Part shown: piece by piece, positions 51,531 to 63,754 of the stretch
Layout of the letters: each line of letters starts with the position of its first letter
Numbering within the stretch: the first letter of the stretch is position 1
Assembly: GCA_013265495.1 (NCBI GenBank)
Contig: MU061579.1
Location: forward strand, 2,725,319 to 2,789,318
Length of the DNA stretch: 64,000 nucleotides
Source: Vicugna vicugna
Taxonomy: Eukaryota
Reading direction: 5' to 3'
The notes under the pieces: generated by a model
What the model was told of the DNA's origin: nothing
The model's input: only the letters and a program-made list of their open reading frames with translations
Databases searched by the model: none
Made by a program: the position numbers and the translations under genes

Positions 51531-52229
51531 AGGGTAAAATTAAGTTTTTTCATTTGATCAAGCCAAAATAATTGAGGATGATTTAAATTAACCTGAAAGA
51601 AAACTAGTCAGAGTTGAAACTCTTGCTATTTTAAACTCTTACTTATACTTTCAACTCTCAGAACGTTATATACATTCTCTGTATTTGTTTATATATTTCT
51701 ATCATTGTTGCATTAATTAAGCCATATCATGGATATATATATAGAGAGAGAGAAAAAAAAAAACTGCTGAAGAACTGAACCAAAATGCCAGCAGAAATGG
51801 CATGAAGACAAAATAGAGGCATGTTTTAGAGGAAAAGCAGCAACATTGATGACAGATGATACAACACATGGGGAAGGAAGAACACAAATGTCTGGTAATC
51901 TCACCTGAGAAAGTTACAAAAAACTGTACTGGTACAGAGAGAGATGGGAAACTTCAGAAGGAGGGAAAAATGGAAAGGCCATTTTTTATGGACATGTTAA
52001 TTTTGAGAATAAGAAAAACCTATCAATCTGCAGGTGACTTGTCTACCTGCCAACCTGAAAGAAGAAAAGGGTTAAGGATTGAGGACAGATTTACCAAGGA
52101 GAAAAGGTTTTATTGTATATAACTGTGCTAGAATAGAATGACATTTTAACCTATATAACAGCCAAGTAAATTCATTGCCTAATTATGAGATAACCTGCTT
52201 AAGTTTCAGCCTCAGCAAATTAAATTAGT

Positions 52230-52385
52230 TGCCATTTATTTAAGACTTGCTGTCATCACTATTTTACAAATGTGGAAATCGAGGTTCTGACTCCGTGTAA
52301 TCCCCCAAGGTCAAAAGTCCTGTCATGGGCAAGGCTAAAATGGAAGCCAAGATCTGCTTGACAATAAAGCCCGTGTTCCTTCTGC
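52230..52385 (-). mobile_element. MIR SINE
   Basis: attttacaaatgtggaaatcgagg...cccaaggtca...gaagccaagatctgcttgac. Confidence 0.75.
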
Positions 52386-53456
52386 TGGCTGAAAAGAGTA
52401 AAAAGTAAAATGGTCTATAGGCTGAAGAGAATGAAATTGAGCTTCTGAGACTGCTTCTTGGCGGTGATGGGGACAAAATTAGGGGAAAAAAAGTTTTGTT
52501 ATATGTGTAATGAAAAATTCTTCTTTTAATAGAAAATTCAATTTTTCTATTATACACTTATCTTGGAGGGATCCTTTTTCTGCTAAGTAATCCATCATGA
52601 AAGATACCTTTCTCATTTTATGAAATGTGTGTCAGATGTTGGCCCCCAATCAATCAATAAACCTAGGAATACATTTAAGTGAATCTTCTTGTTCAGGGTT
52701 TTGAGACATCATAAACAGAAGGCGCACTTATTAGAGTAACGTATTGGGTTTTAACAGAAACTTTCAGTTTCTTCTAAATGTTCCGGTTTCTCCAAGTTAT
52801 ATTAGCTCAGTAACATCTAATGTATTTGTAACTGAAATTTAGTAAAACTGGAACAATATTAAAAACCACCATGATACTTTCATTGAAAATAGATTGTCAT
52901 ACCTCTACCTACGCAATTGTGGACAACATCTTATTCATCTTGTAGGTCATTCTTGACAACTATGTACATTAGGCTTATTTTTATTATGCATAAAAGCATT
53001 CCTTGAGATAGTCTAAGAGCATTATGTGAAAATATTTTTCTTTCTGGTCAAAAGGAGATAAAAATAGCCTGTAGCTGTGGGGTTTCTCTCTTTGTTGTAT
53101 ATTGATTTATGACATAATAGTTTTGCTTTTGTATCAGTCTTCGTCCTACAACGTGCTTGTCTTCTTGTTTCTATTCCTTAGTATCCTATATGGAGCACTG
53201 AACTATCAGTGATTACTGCTGTTTAATCCTCATTTCTATACTTCCTCCAAAAACAAACAATCCTCCCCCAAGTAAAAACGACATCAAAAAATAATACTTC
53301 CCATTGTCTATTTATTCATTTTCTATGGCATATATTAATGGCATAAGGAATTAAAATTTAAAAAAAAAACAGATGTGTTCACTGGAAGATTCAAACCTAT
53401 AACTTAACAGCTGGTCAAGATGATTAGAACCCTGCTATAGAAAAATATCTCACCAT

Positions 53457-53572
53457 ACAGATATGTCCATGAATGACTGAAAAATTGTGCTGAACGCTGG
53501 AATTTGACACAACACTGTAAAATGATTATGAATCAATAAAAAATGTAAAAAAAAAAAATAAAATAAAAAAAA
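53457..53572 (+). mobile_element. Very young, heavily 5'-truncated LINE-1 with an 18-bp perfect TSD
   Basis: TSD agaaaaatatctcaccat at 53439-53456 and 53573-53590. The 3'UTR is related to 39640-39740 and ends in a long A-tail. Confidence 0.95.
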
Positions 53573-53936
53573 AGAAAAATATCTCACCATCTCATCCAAA
53601 ATCTTGAGAAAGAGTCTCATTAACCTGCATTGGACAGGATTACTGCCAAACCATCCCCATAGTCATCTGAGATAACAAAACCAGGGATGAAATGGTCAAT
53701 TTTGCTTAACCATTTTTACAAATAAAATATTGTACTATCACTTAGTAAAGTTTAGTGTAAAAAAATCATCCATATTCCCCCCTGGTTTGATTTTGTAAAA
53801 AAATCAATAATAAAAATCAACATTAACCTTAGTTTTGCCTCAGTCACAAAATAAACAGTCAAATTCAGTGGCCAGGGAAAATGTTGAGCTCACTTCAGAT
53901 ACCAGGACACACAGACTCCTTCCGCTCCTTTTAGAT

Positions 53937-54113
53937 CTGTGGTTCTCAAAAACTTAGCTGCCTATTGAAATCAACGAAGACGTTTTAAAATGCCTGCCTC
54001 CTGGATTTCAGCCCCAGAGACTCCGATTTAATGACTCTGGAGTTTTGGCCTGGATGTCAGAAATTTCAGATCTCTAAGAGATTCTAAAGTACAGACAGCT
54101 TTGAGAACTTCGG
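53937..54113. mobile_element. hAT-Charlie MITE (MER5A/B-like)
   Basis: Ends ctgtggttctcaaa ... tttgagaacttc; internal ccccagagactccgatttaat. Confidence 0.8.
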
Positions 54114-55019
54114 TTGATGTTCTGTTGTTTCCTTCTCAAATCCTTTCAAAAGTTTTATGAACTTATAAATGTTGACATATGATACCCCAGAGAAACAGTT
54201 TCTCCTAGTTGATTAGAATAGCCTACATGAAGATAGACGATAAAGTCATTTTTCTTTTTATTGCACCTGAGAGCAATTCCTTGTTTCTTTCCTTCTCCTT
54301 TACATGGAACTGGTGGCACTTGGAGGTTGTGCTCTGTGCTTTTGGCAACTTTAGTTTCCACCCCGGTGTTATTTAGAAGGTACTTTAGAAATGGTGGATC
54401 CACAAACTGTTAGGGCCAGCTGAGTTTCGCAGTCTGACAGCTGAGTGTGTACCATAATAAATTGTTACTTCCATAGGATTATGTTAGAGGAAGGCAAACT
54501 CACTCTCCTGAGCCCCCAAGCACAAGACTTTTCACTCAAGACAATTCAAACTGTTCCCAATCACATGTTGAAGACCTTAAGATGCAGGCTGCAATGCAAA
54601 ATAAGTGGGAAAATTAAAGTTCTTATAGGAACACAACTTGTAGTTAGAGGGTGTTACCTGCACAGAATTTAAGAGGCCCAGTGAAGTGTTTGGGAGGCAA
54701 CTGACTAAAGCATACTGAAGGTTTTATTTTTAATCTTTGCCAACTTGGAATTGGTTTAATATTTTGAACATGACATGAATATAGGTGGCTTTCTTCTGAA
54801 TGATGTTAGAAGTTCCATGGTACATAAAATACTGGCAGCACTAAAGCGCTGTTCTCACCAACATCTTAAACGAAAGGAGAAAAAAAAGCACTGAATATTT
54901 TTCTTTTTTATCTCTATGTTGCTCTTTCTGAAATAAATTTTTAGGACAGAAGATAAGGGAAAAACTAATAAATATTGTTTGTAAAGCTCTAGGTTTTTGA
55001 GAATCAGTTTAATCAAATG

Positions 55020-55260
55020 TTTACTCAATCGTTTGACAAATATTTATTGAATATATATTATGTTTAATTATGCTAGATAACAAGTCTTTTTAAATTTAGC
55101 TCTCACAATAACCTTGTAAATTGTTATGCCCATTTTACTGATTGAAAAAAAATTGAAAACATAGCTAAAACAAAAACTTACCCAATATTACACAACTAGT
55201 AAGTGTTCAGAAGGATTTAACCCAAGTATTTCTTATTCTGAAATCCATGTTTTCTATATC
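55020..55260 (-). mobile_element. MIR SINE
   Basis: ctcacaataaccttgt...cccattttactgattga...cttacccaatattacacaactagtaagt...ggatttaaccc. Confidence 0.75.
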
Positions 55261-55793
55261 AGCTTAAATGTTACATCTTAGCATGCCCCTTACAGTCAAG
55301 TTTTTTCATCCTCAGTTCTGTAAGAATTGTTTTCATATGTTCAGTAAAATTTGGATTTCTCATTTGTGTTGAGGGCAAACTAAAGCACCACTGTGTTAGA
55401 GAACACAGTGCATGTAGACGACTCCGATTTGGTCCATTCCCCCCACCCTGGGGCACTGGGTCAGGCTTTCTCCTGGCACGTATGACCACAAGTTTTTTGT
55501 CACAATAGCATGCCACACATAGGACAAACAGTGAGATTTGCAGGGGACTGACTGTTTTAAAACAGACAACTCTCAGATTTCTTTGTCCTTCTTTACCATG
55601 TATTTAGTTAGAAAATCAAACACTTATAACTGATATCCACATGCAGTTCTAATAAACTGATTCCTGATTATGAACTTGTATCTTTAAAACAATTTGTAAT
55701 TATGACACAAATTTACTGTGAATGACAAGGTAATTTTTAAAAATGTACCATGTATTAATTTTCGCAGATTAAATTCTCTTTAATTTTCTAGAT

Positions 55794-56033
55794 CAATAAT
55801 TTGCAACCAGGAGCTATTATACCCCTCAGGGGACATTGAGCAATGTTTTCAAGCATTTTGGGTTGTCACAGCTAGGAAAGGGGTGCTACTGTAATCTAGT
55901 AAGCCAACCAACAAGAAATCTAGACTACAGTAGCCAGGAGTATTGCAAATCATTTTACAATACACGGGATGACTTCCTACAACAAAAAATTGGACAATCC
56001 AAAGTGTCAATGGTTCCAAGCTGGAAAACTTTA
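55794..56033 (+). mobile_element. hAT-Charlie MITE (MER20) with a perfect 8-bp TSD
   Basis: TSD ttctagat at 55786-55793 and 56034-56041. Body reads caggggacattgagcaatg...ggttgtcacagct...aagtgtcaatggttccaag. Confidence 0.9.
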
Positions 56034-57049
56034 TTCTAGATATATTTGTATCATCAAAACCAGTTATAGTCCAATTCTTTTGGTGTCTTCTTGTAGGTGC
56101 CATACATAGTCAAAGAAGAAGGATAAAGTTTTTGACACTTGCAAACCTTGACAGACAACCACAAATTAAAATATTGAAGAAAGAACCTGTATAAGCATTT
56201 TCTTAAATGTTGAAATTAGAGAATTGTGCTTTAAGAAACATAGCCAAATTCTATCTAGCAGCATGCTAATGGGGGAGTCCTAGAAGTTTACTCTTAAAGG
56301 GTAAAGGACTGCCTTTCATTCTTCCATGAATGTTTCCTGGAAGCTGACTCAACGAAGGAAGAATCTGGATGCACACGTTCTGTTTGATGGTTAGTCAGGA
56401 GAAGTCAAAGCCCGGGAACTGACTTTATCCTGATAAGAACAGATGTGGCTGCTCTGGCAAATAACCACTGCCCCACAAAAAACAACAGCAAAACTTCAAC
56501 TTTTCTAACCTGCAACTTTTCTAACCTGGATATCTAAGCACTTCACATTTGCTCTTTTAATCGTCATTTCACTGTGAAGTGGCAGGGGCTTTAATGCTCT
56601 TTTTTAAGTCAAAAGAGATGTTTTCCACAGCAGGTGCTCTCCATTTATGTGAACTTAACATGTTTCTGCCCTGACAGTTAAAAAAGGGAAAAGACAGTCC
56701 TGTAGAAAGCAAAAATCATTTGCTGCTGCTGACCACCTGGGGACAAAAACCATCCTGTCCTTTTTATTATCTAAAGTAAAAATAACATAAGTAAATTTAC
56801 TTTCAACTTTGACCTTAACATTTGACCAACTAGCCCTGTCTCTTAAGATTACACGAAGATAGTATTTCTGATACATCAGAAGATTAAAGTCGAAAATAAC
56901 TGATGCAGAAGCAAGAATTACGCTTCTATCCATAGAATTCTCCGTTTCAAATCCCTGATTCAATATTCAAACCCAAATCTTCTCCTTTGAAAGATTTATC
57001 TTTAAGCCAATTTCAGTGGGCTATAAAAACTATTTTGTGCTTTACAACC

Positions 57050-57830
57050 ACTTTTTTTAATACTCTCTTTTTAAATAATTTATTCAAGTAATGCATTATC
57101 AAGCTAGATAACAATCTAAAATGTAGAAACCCAAAAAGAAAAATTGAAATACCTAGATTCATAACTAGGTATTTCAAAGATTAGCACTAAAGACTTGTAT
57201 GAATATCCTTTTGGAATGTGATACATAAAACATTTCAAGTTCCTTATCTAATTTCACCTAAATACATTGTCAAGGAATAATTTAATCAATTGATACATGC
57301 TACATCATTTTAATGGCATTTCATCCTTTTTCATAACTATAAATTATTTTACTAATGCTGTATTTTTGAGTGTTTAAATTATTTCCAATATTACAAGTAA
57401 TGCTTTAATAAACACTCTCTTTTATATACCTTTACATGTAATTCCTGAAGACAATCCCAACAAAATGGAATTGTTTCATAAAAGTTGGCATTTTTATTGA
57501 TATTAACCAATTAGCTATAAGAAAATTTACATAATGTTCTATTCCTTCCATCTGGGAATTTGAGAACCTGCTTATTAAAATTTCACTACCACTTAGCATT
57601 ATCTAAATTTTTGACTTATTTGAAGACTGGTTTGAATTCAAATTTGGTGGTTAATAGTAATGCTAAACTCTTCTTTGTATGTATCTGTTCCTCATTACTA
57701 TTTCTTGATTACCATTTGTTGAATTATATATCCGTACTAATGGTTTGAATCTTACTAATTTGTAAGACTTCTTTGGAAACATAAAAATATTAACTTGTTG
57801 CAACTTTCTGCTAATTCATTCATTTCACAA
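57050..57830 (-). mobile_element. Ancient L1ME-type fragment
   Basis: Degenerate antisense L1 3' text (catcattttaatggc, aaatggaattgtttc, cttactaatttgtaagac). Confidence 0.55.
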
Positions 57831-58331
57831 ATACATTAGCCTTCACTATAAGCCACAGTGTCCTAGTGACACAAAACAGCAGATGGGAACAATGGGCTTG
57901 CAGTCTGGGGGGTGGTTATTAATTAATCACTGAAAGATGAATGCAAGTTATAAATTAGATAAATGTTTTGACTGAAATATTGCTACCCTTTGAAAATATA
58001 ATTCAAAGTAATACTTGGACTTGATCAATCAGGAAAAACTTTTTTGGTAAAATGATGCTTAGAACAAGCTGACAGATGAATTGGTAGCAGAGAGCTTTTC
58101 TAAGGGACTGGTTAACCCAATACTAAAATTTCCTCTCCTTACATGTTTCTAAGACTAATTTAAGTTTGCTCTCTGACAGTCCAGGAAAAACAGGTAGACC
58201 TGGCAGATACCAAGGCAAAATTACCGTCTAGGAAACTCCAGACTTTATCAAAGGCATTGGTGTTGCCTTCCCCTAGAAATCACTATGACACCTTACTAAT
58301 TGATGGCAATATGTAAGCCACTCTGGTACTA

Positions 58332-58397
<66 letters not shown>

Positions 58398-58405
58398 ATA
58401 TATAT
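58332..58405. repeat. (ATCT)16 tetranucleotide repeat followed by (AT)5
   Basis: Perfect repeat at 58332-58395, then atatatatat. Confidence 0.97.
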
Positions 58406-58932
58406 TTAATCTTGCTGATGGCACTGATAACATTGCCAGCACTGACATCTTAGAAAGCTCAAATGCTTCGGTACAACAGGCGACAAGCCGTGCATTAACC
58501 ATGAGGAAGACTGCATTTCGCCATCAGGATGGCTAACTCAAAATGTTTAAAACAAAAGTATCTCTGCTGCAGAAAGCATTCTCAGCAGGGGGAAAAAAAA
58601 GAGACCTGGGTAACTATGAATAAGATGAATAGCAATAAGGTATTACATACATTTGCCTGGAATTCTGAGAGTTGAATGAATAAATAACAATGGTATCCTA
58701 AATATTAACCTAACAGATATAGTGTTTTCACAATTTTATAGTGCAAATTAACTGACAAAAATAAAAGCAAGGCTCTTATTCTTCTTCAGAGACAGTTCAT
58801 TGAGCTAAGGGCTTATTTCTGCAGGGCTAGAAAACCGTTTTTCTCAGTTCAAGGTAGTGTCTGATGATTTCTACTCCCGTCATTTTCTTTCCTCCCAGGA
58901 TCGCCTAAAGGCACAGCAGGCTCACTTATCAT

Positions 58933-59130
58933 CTGTGGTGTAACCAGCCAACTCTCTAGAGGAGAGTGGGGAAAAGGCCCCAGTTTGTGGGGTTTCCAAG
59001 TTCATGGTGTAAATGTCTTGCGATGGCCAGTTTTGAGCTTCCATCCTCCCACCACCGAATGTAGAGCTGGAAAGAGATACCTACACTGGTCTCTGGTGAG
59101 CTGGTTTGAGCCAGCTCCAGTCTGCCACTC
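58933..59130 (-). mobile_element. hAT MITE (MER63A-like)
   Basis: ctgtggtgtaacc...catggtgtaaat...gagctggaaagagat...tgagctggtttgagccagctccag...ccact. Confidence 0.7.
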
Positions 59131-60204
59131 TTCACAGCTCTGGAATTGAGGAACACTGGTGGTTTGAATACTTTCTTCTGTCCTCACTGGCCTCTGCTAA
59201 GGTCTAGTTTTTTACTACTTGATATTGAGAGTTGGCTTTTGTCTTGGACACCACTGGCTAGTGTTTTATCCAACCTTACGGCACAGGCAAAGCATGGTAA
59301 CCCTTCTGGAAATAATACAATCATCCCTCTGCATGTCTCTGTCCCAAACTTGGCTCCTGATGGCTTTGTAGCTCCTGCCATGGAATCCATAATCCCCACA
59401 ACGATTTCATGGCTGCAGGGTTAGTGTTTATTTCTCTTGGAGACTTGCATCCTAGAAATGTGGGGAAATTATCTATGTCCCATGTGAGCTGAGGGAGATT
59501 TGGAAAGCAGGGGATTCTATCTCAGGCTCTCATTGACTGAAGAGGACACATTGCCATTTCTACTCTACTGCAGCTATGTTGGCCTAGGGCTTCCTGTATT
59601 TTTGTATCCATTTTAAAAGAGTTCCAGATGATCAGTAGCCTCAACATCCCCTATACTTTCAGACCCCAAACCTAATTTGTTGACTTCAAGAGATACCATC
59701 CTCCCTACCATGCCCGAATTTTGGCCTGAACCGTGGTTGGGGAATGTGAAATCAGTACCTGCACTAGAATCTCAAGTCTATATTCTATTTTCCTAATCCT
59801 CTCCAAGTTTCCAATCACAGCAGAGATTTGTCTTATCCTTGCTTTCAGGGAAGCAGCTCTAGTTTAATTGCCACATTATACCTATGAACCACTAGATCAG
59901 GAATAAACTCTAACTCTTTGTTTTCTCAGGTTTAGCTCACTATTAAAAAAAAAAAATCCTGATCTTTAGAATTCGATTTGAAACCAAAATGTTCTCTCTC
60001 AATTGCCTAGCTCTTGAGAATCAAGGGCACAATGGATTTCACATTCTTTTTAATTTAAAATATATGCATTCATAGATCAGAGCTGAGTGATACTTTTTCA
60101 TAATTTACCTTCTTTCCTTCTTGAGGCAACGAATGCCACTAGAGTATTGAAATGTGAGACGTTAAAAAGTAAAAACAGGTTTAAAACTCCTTTATCTTGC
60201 TAAA

Positions 60205-60390
60205 ATAGGTGTTCCCAGTGCTAGGGAGGGGCTAGGGCTACAATGATGAACAAGGCAGACATGCCCCCTGCCTTTGTAGAAGTTACAGTGAAATTAGTAT
60301 ATGGATCCATTTTTCAAAATAAAAATACAGTGTGCTATGCTAAGTGGTAATATAAGAGAAGTACTGGGTGCTGTGTGAATTCAAATAGCT
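60205..60390 (-). mobile_element. LINE-2 3' fragment
   Basis: ctagggctacaatgatgaacaaggcagacatgccccctgcc...gaagttacagt. Confidence 0.7.
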
Positions 60391-60484
60391 TGTATAGTCA
60401 GTAAAAAATTCTATTGAAAACCAAAATGAAGGACTCTCAAACTGGCTCAGGTTAGTGTACTGGTTAGTGTTAGGGGTTGTCCAT

Positions 60485-60810
60485 ATTTTCTTCCAGTTTT
60501 ACTGAGATGTAACTGACATGCAGCACTGTGTATGTTTCAGGTATATAGTACCACGACTTTACTTACATGTATCACGAAATGATTACCACAGGAAGTTACA
60601 CATCCATAATCTCATATAGCTACAAAATTATTTTTTTCCTTCTGATGAGGGTTCTTCTGAAAGCTAAGAGAGTAAATCCTAGGTAACATAGAGCAGTGTT
60701 CATTATATACATGCCTAGTACTTATTTATAACTGGAAGTTTGTACCGTTGGCCACCTTCAGCCAGTTCCCCGTCTTCCCACCTCCCACCTCTAGTAACCA
60801 CAAATCTGAC
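60485..60810 (-). mobile_element. LINE-1 (L1MA9/L1_Art-like) 3'UTR
   Basis: ttttactgagatgtaactgaca...aaatgattaccaca...ttataactggaagtttgtacc...ctagtaaccacaaatctg. Confidence 0.85.
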
Positions 60811-60952
60811 ATCACTTTGCACCATCAGTGTAAATGTCAACACTGAAAGTGGCAAAAATATCTTACTGGTATGAGAATTATTTTTGAACTCACAGGCCTC
60901 CATAAAGGGTCCCGGGGATCCCAGTGTTTGTGGATCACATTGTAAGAATCTC
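60811..60952 (-). mobile_element. hAT-Charlie (Charlie1a/b-like) terminal fragment
   Basis: The reverse strand encodes VDIYTDGAK (hAT TDGA motif). Terminus reads aaagggtcccggggatccc...ggatcacattgtaagaatc. Confidence 0.7.
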
Positions 60953-60954
60953 AG

Positions 60955-61450
60955 ATCTACAAGATCTTACTGTATGTGACCTGAGGCTTCCTCTATGTCA
61001 TCACCCCGTCCCCTCCCCTCACTCGCTGCACTGCTGCCACACTGACCTGATTGCTATTCAAATACTCCAGGCATAGCCTTGCCTTTAGAAGTTGTACTGA
61101 GTGCCCCTCTGCCTAAATCAGTCCTCCAAGATATCCCAAGGGCTGACTCCCCAGTGGCTAACCGCTAACTCAGCCATTGTTCAAAAAGTTGCCTCCCCAT
61201 GAAGCCTACTTACCCTGACCACACTACTGAAGACTGCAACTCTAAGGACTGATTCAACTTACCCTGTCCTATCTCTTCTTAGCATTTACTACAGTCTATT
61301 GTCACATTTCATATTTGTTCTCCCTCTCCCCTTATTAAGAAGGCAACATTGTGAAGGCTGTGATTTTTACATTTTGTTTATTGCTGCATCTCATATACTT
61401 AAATTGAGTCTTGCACATAGCAGGTTATCAATAACATTTATTGAATGAAA
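60955..61450 (+). mobile_element. LINE-2 (L2a-like) 3' end
   Basis: cctcactcgctgcactgctgccacactgacc...gcacatagcaggttatcaataacatttattgaatgaa. Confidence 0.85.
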
Positions 61451-61956
61451 AGAGAAATGATTCCAATTGTATATCATCTTGTTTAATGAATGTAATTTTT
61501 CGTTTCTAGACCAGAGAATATAAACATTAGTATCTGTTGATAATAAAGTGAGCAATTTTAAATGATACTGTCTTTTCACCTCTAACTTCTTTATCCCTGT
61601 ATTCTTTTGATTCATCTTTTATATTAGAGATTACTCAAATATCTAATGAGCTTTTTCTCTCCATTAGTACATACTATTGAGGTGCTAAAAAGCTTGCTGG
61701 AGGCTCTAAATGCATGTTTTCATGGTAGGGCTTCATTTTAGATTGTTCAGGCTGAGATGAAATGGTTTGTCTGGGGTCTTCCCAAATAGCAGTTATAAGT
61801 AGTTCTTCCCCCCTAGATAGTCAATATCTTCAGAGGGGAATTTTCTAGACCAACCTTGGCTAGTAGGCATTTATCTATGTCTGGTTAATACACATTTGGT
61901 TACCAAATTGGGAAAGATTTCTAGTGATATTACTCTTAAATGTATAGACTTTAATG

Positions 61957-62160
61957 CAAATGTTAGCAAACTTTTGTCTGTGGGCCAAATATAACCTGTT
62001 ATAAATAAAACACAGTAAAGCTTATTCATTTACATACCATCTATGACTGCCTCCAGCCTGCAATTTCATAGTTAACTCATTGCCACATAAACCAAATGAA
62101 CTGCAAAGCCTGAAATATTAGCTATTCGGTCCTTTGCAGAACATACACGCCCACCCTCAC
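61957..62160 (-). mobile_element. hAT-Charlie MITE (MER58A-like)
   Basis: Related to 35989-36212 in reverse orientation (gcaaagcctgaaatattagctattcggtcctttgcagaa). Confidence 0.75.
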
Positions 62161-63479
62161 TCCCCAGTTCTGGGATGGGTGCTCTCAGCCATTATCCCTG
62201 CTGCCTTGTGTCTTGGTGGCAGTAAACTCTGGTTTACAGTCTCAGAGAGGACACGCATTCCCTGCTGATGTGTGGGAGTTAGATCTTAGCGTTACCGGAT
62301 GGAAGTTAGAGCTTGTCCTTACTGAATGGAAGAAGATTTGTGAGTTTACCCACTCAGATATTCTTCCCTTTTCAGTCTCATCTCTCAGGCAACAGAATTC
62401 ATCCCTCCCTCCGTCTTCCCAGGATAGAGCAGCACAACATCTTACCTTCTTATGCCATTGGATCTGTTAGGATGATACCAATTTTTTTTTTTTTTTTGAA
62501 AAGAGACTTACTGTCCTTCCTTCACTTTTGTTATCCCAAGAATGTTTTAACATATCTGGTTGCTTGATTGACCTTTTCTACTTATTGTTATTTCTATGAA
62601 TTTAAATTTTTGTAAAATTTGTTTTACTTTCCAGAAAGAATATATATAAGAATTATATCCAATCCATCATGTTTAATTTGAAGTCACAGTACTATTTTTA
62701 ATTTGCCATGTTTAAGATATAATTGAGTTTTTATTTGCAGCCTAATTATAAATTTAAGGATTTTTTAATGAAATTTTAGTGTTCTACTTTTTAAGAACTG
62801 TTCTGACCTGTGACATGTAAGTATTGTGTGAAGGAGGGCAAGTGGGTTTGTGTGCTTAATTTGTTAAAGACTGAGAAAGGTAAATTTGTTTAGTATTTTT
62901 ACCAGGTTTTATTTGATGTGTCTCAGTGGTATGCAGTTTAGTGAATAAAAATTCATGACATTTTTAACTGGACTGTACTTCAACAATAAAACTGGTTCAT
63001 GGGGCCCATTTAATGCTTAACATTTTTATTGTGCATAAAAGGAAAATATTTCCAAAGGGCTTTACCATAAAAGCACAGAATCATAGCTCTCTCTCCTGTC
63101 CTGTTTCCCAAGAGAACCAACCTCTAACTCTTCTAGTAACTTTTTTTTATATTTCTGTTCATATATCTTATACATTGTTATATACACTTATTTTTGACAT
63201 TTATAAGTTATACTTACATGTATGTATAATTATCCATCGAGGTAGTCATTATGCTAGACCCTCAAATAGGTCTATGTCCTAATATGTCTACAAACATACC
63301 ACAAGGTATGTTGCAGATATGTTGAAAGATAAGAACCTTAAGGAGATTATCCTGAGACCATGAAACAGTTATATGTTTAGATCGAACAATAATATAGTTA
63401 TAATACTTATATAGAAAAACTTTGCTTAACCTGAATATTAAAAAGAGAGAGAGAAAAAAAGAAACATACTAACCTGAAG

Positions 63480-63724
63480 GAAAAAATGGGGAAAGAGTGG
63501 AGAGGGATAAATTAGAGGTTGGGGACTAAAGACACACACACACGAAACAGATAAACAAGGACCTGCTGTCTAGCAAAGGGAACTACATTCAGTTTCTTGT
63601 AGTAACGTATAATGGAAAAGAATCTGAAAAGAAAAAATATATATGTATGCATATACATAACTGAATCACTTTGTTGTACACCTGAAGCTAACATTGTAAA
63701 TCAACTACATTTAAAAAAAAAAGG
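63480..63724 (+). mobile_element. Cetartiodactyl-type LINE-1 3' end with a ~21-bp TSD
   Basis: TSD aagaaacatactaacctgaag (63459-63479) vs aagaaacctattaacctgaag (63725-63745). 3'UTR reads ataactgaatcactttgttgtacacctgaa. Confidence 0.88.
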
Positions 63725-63754
63725 AAGAAACCTATTAACCTGAAGAAAAACCTG

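Noticed and set aside
80..63694. ORF-track entries as protein-coding genes
   Set aside because: All are 120 aa or shorter and many have non-ATG starts. Those with recognisable motifs (80-307, 8216-8461, 14270-14575, 17031-17237, 33911-34102) are decayed L1 ORF2 fragments, and the rest resemble no protein I recognise.
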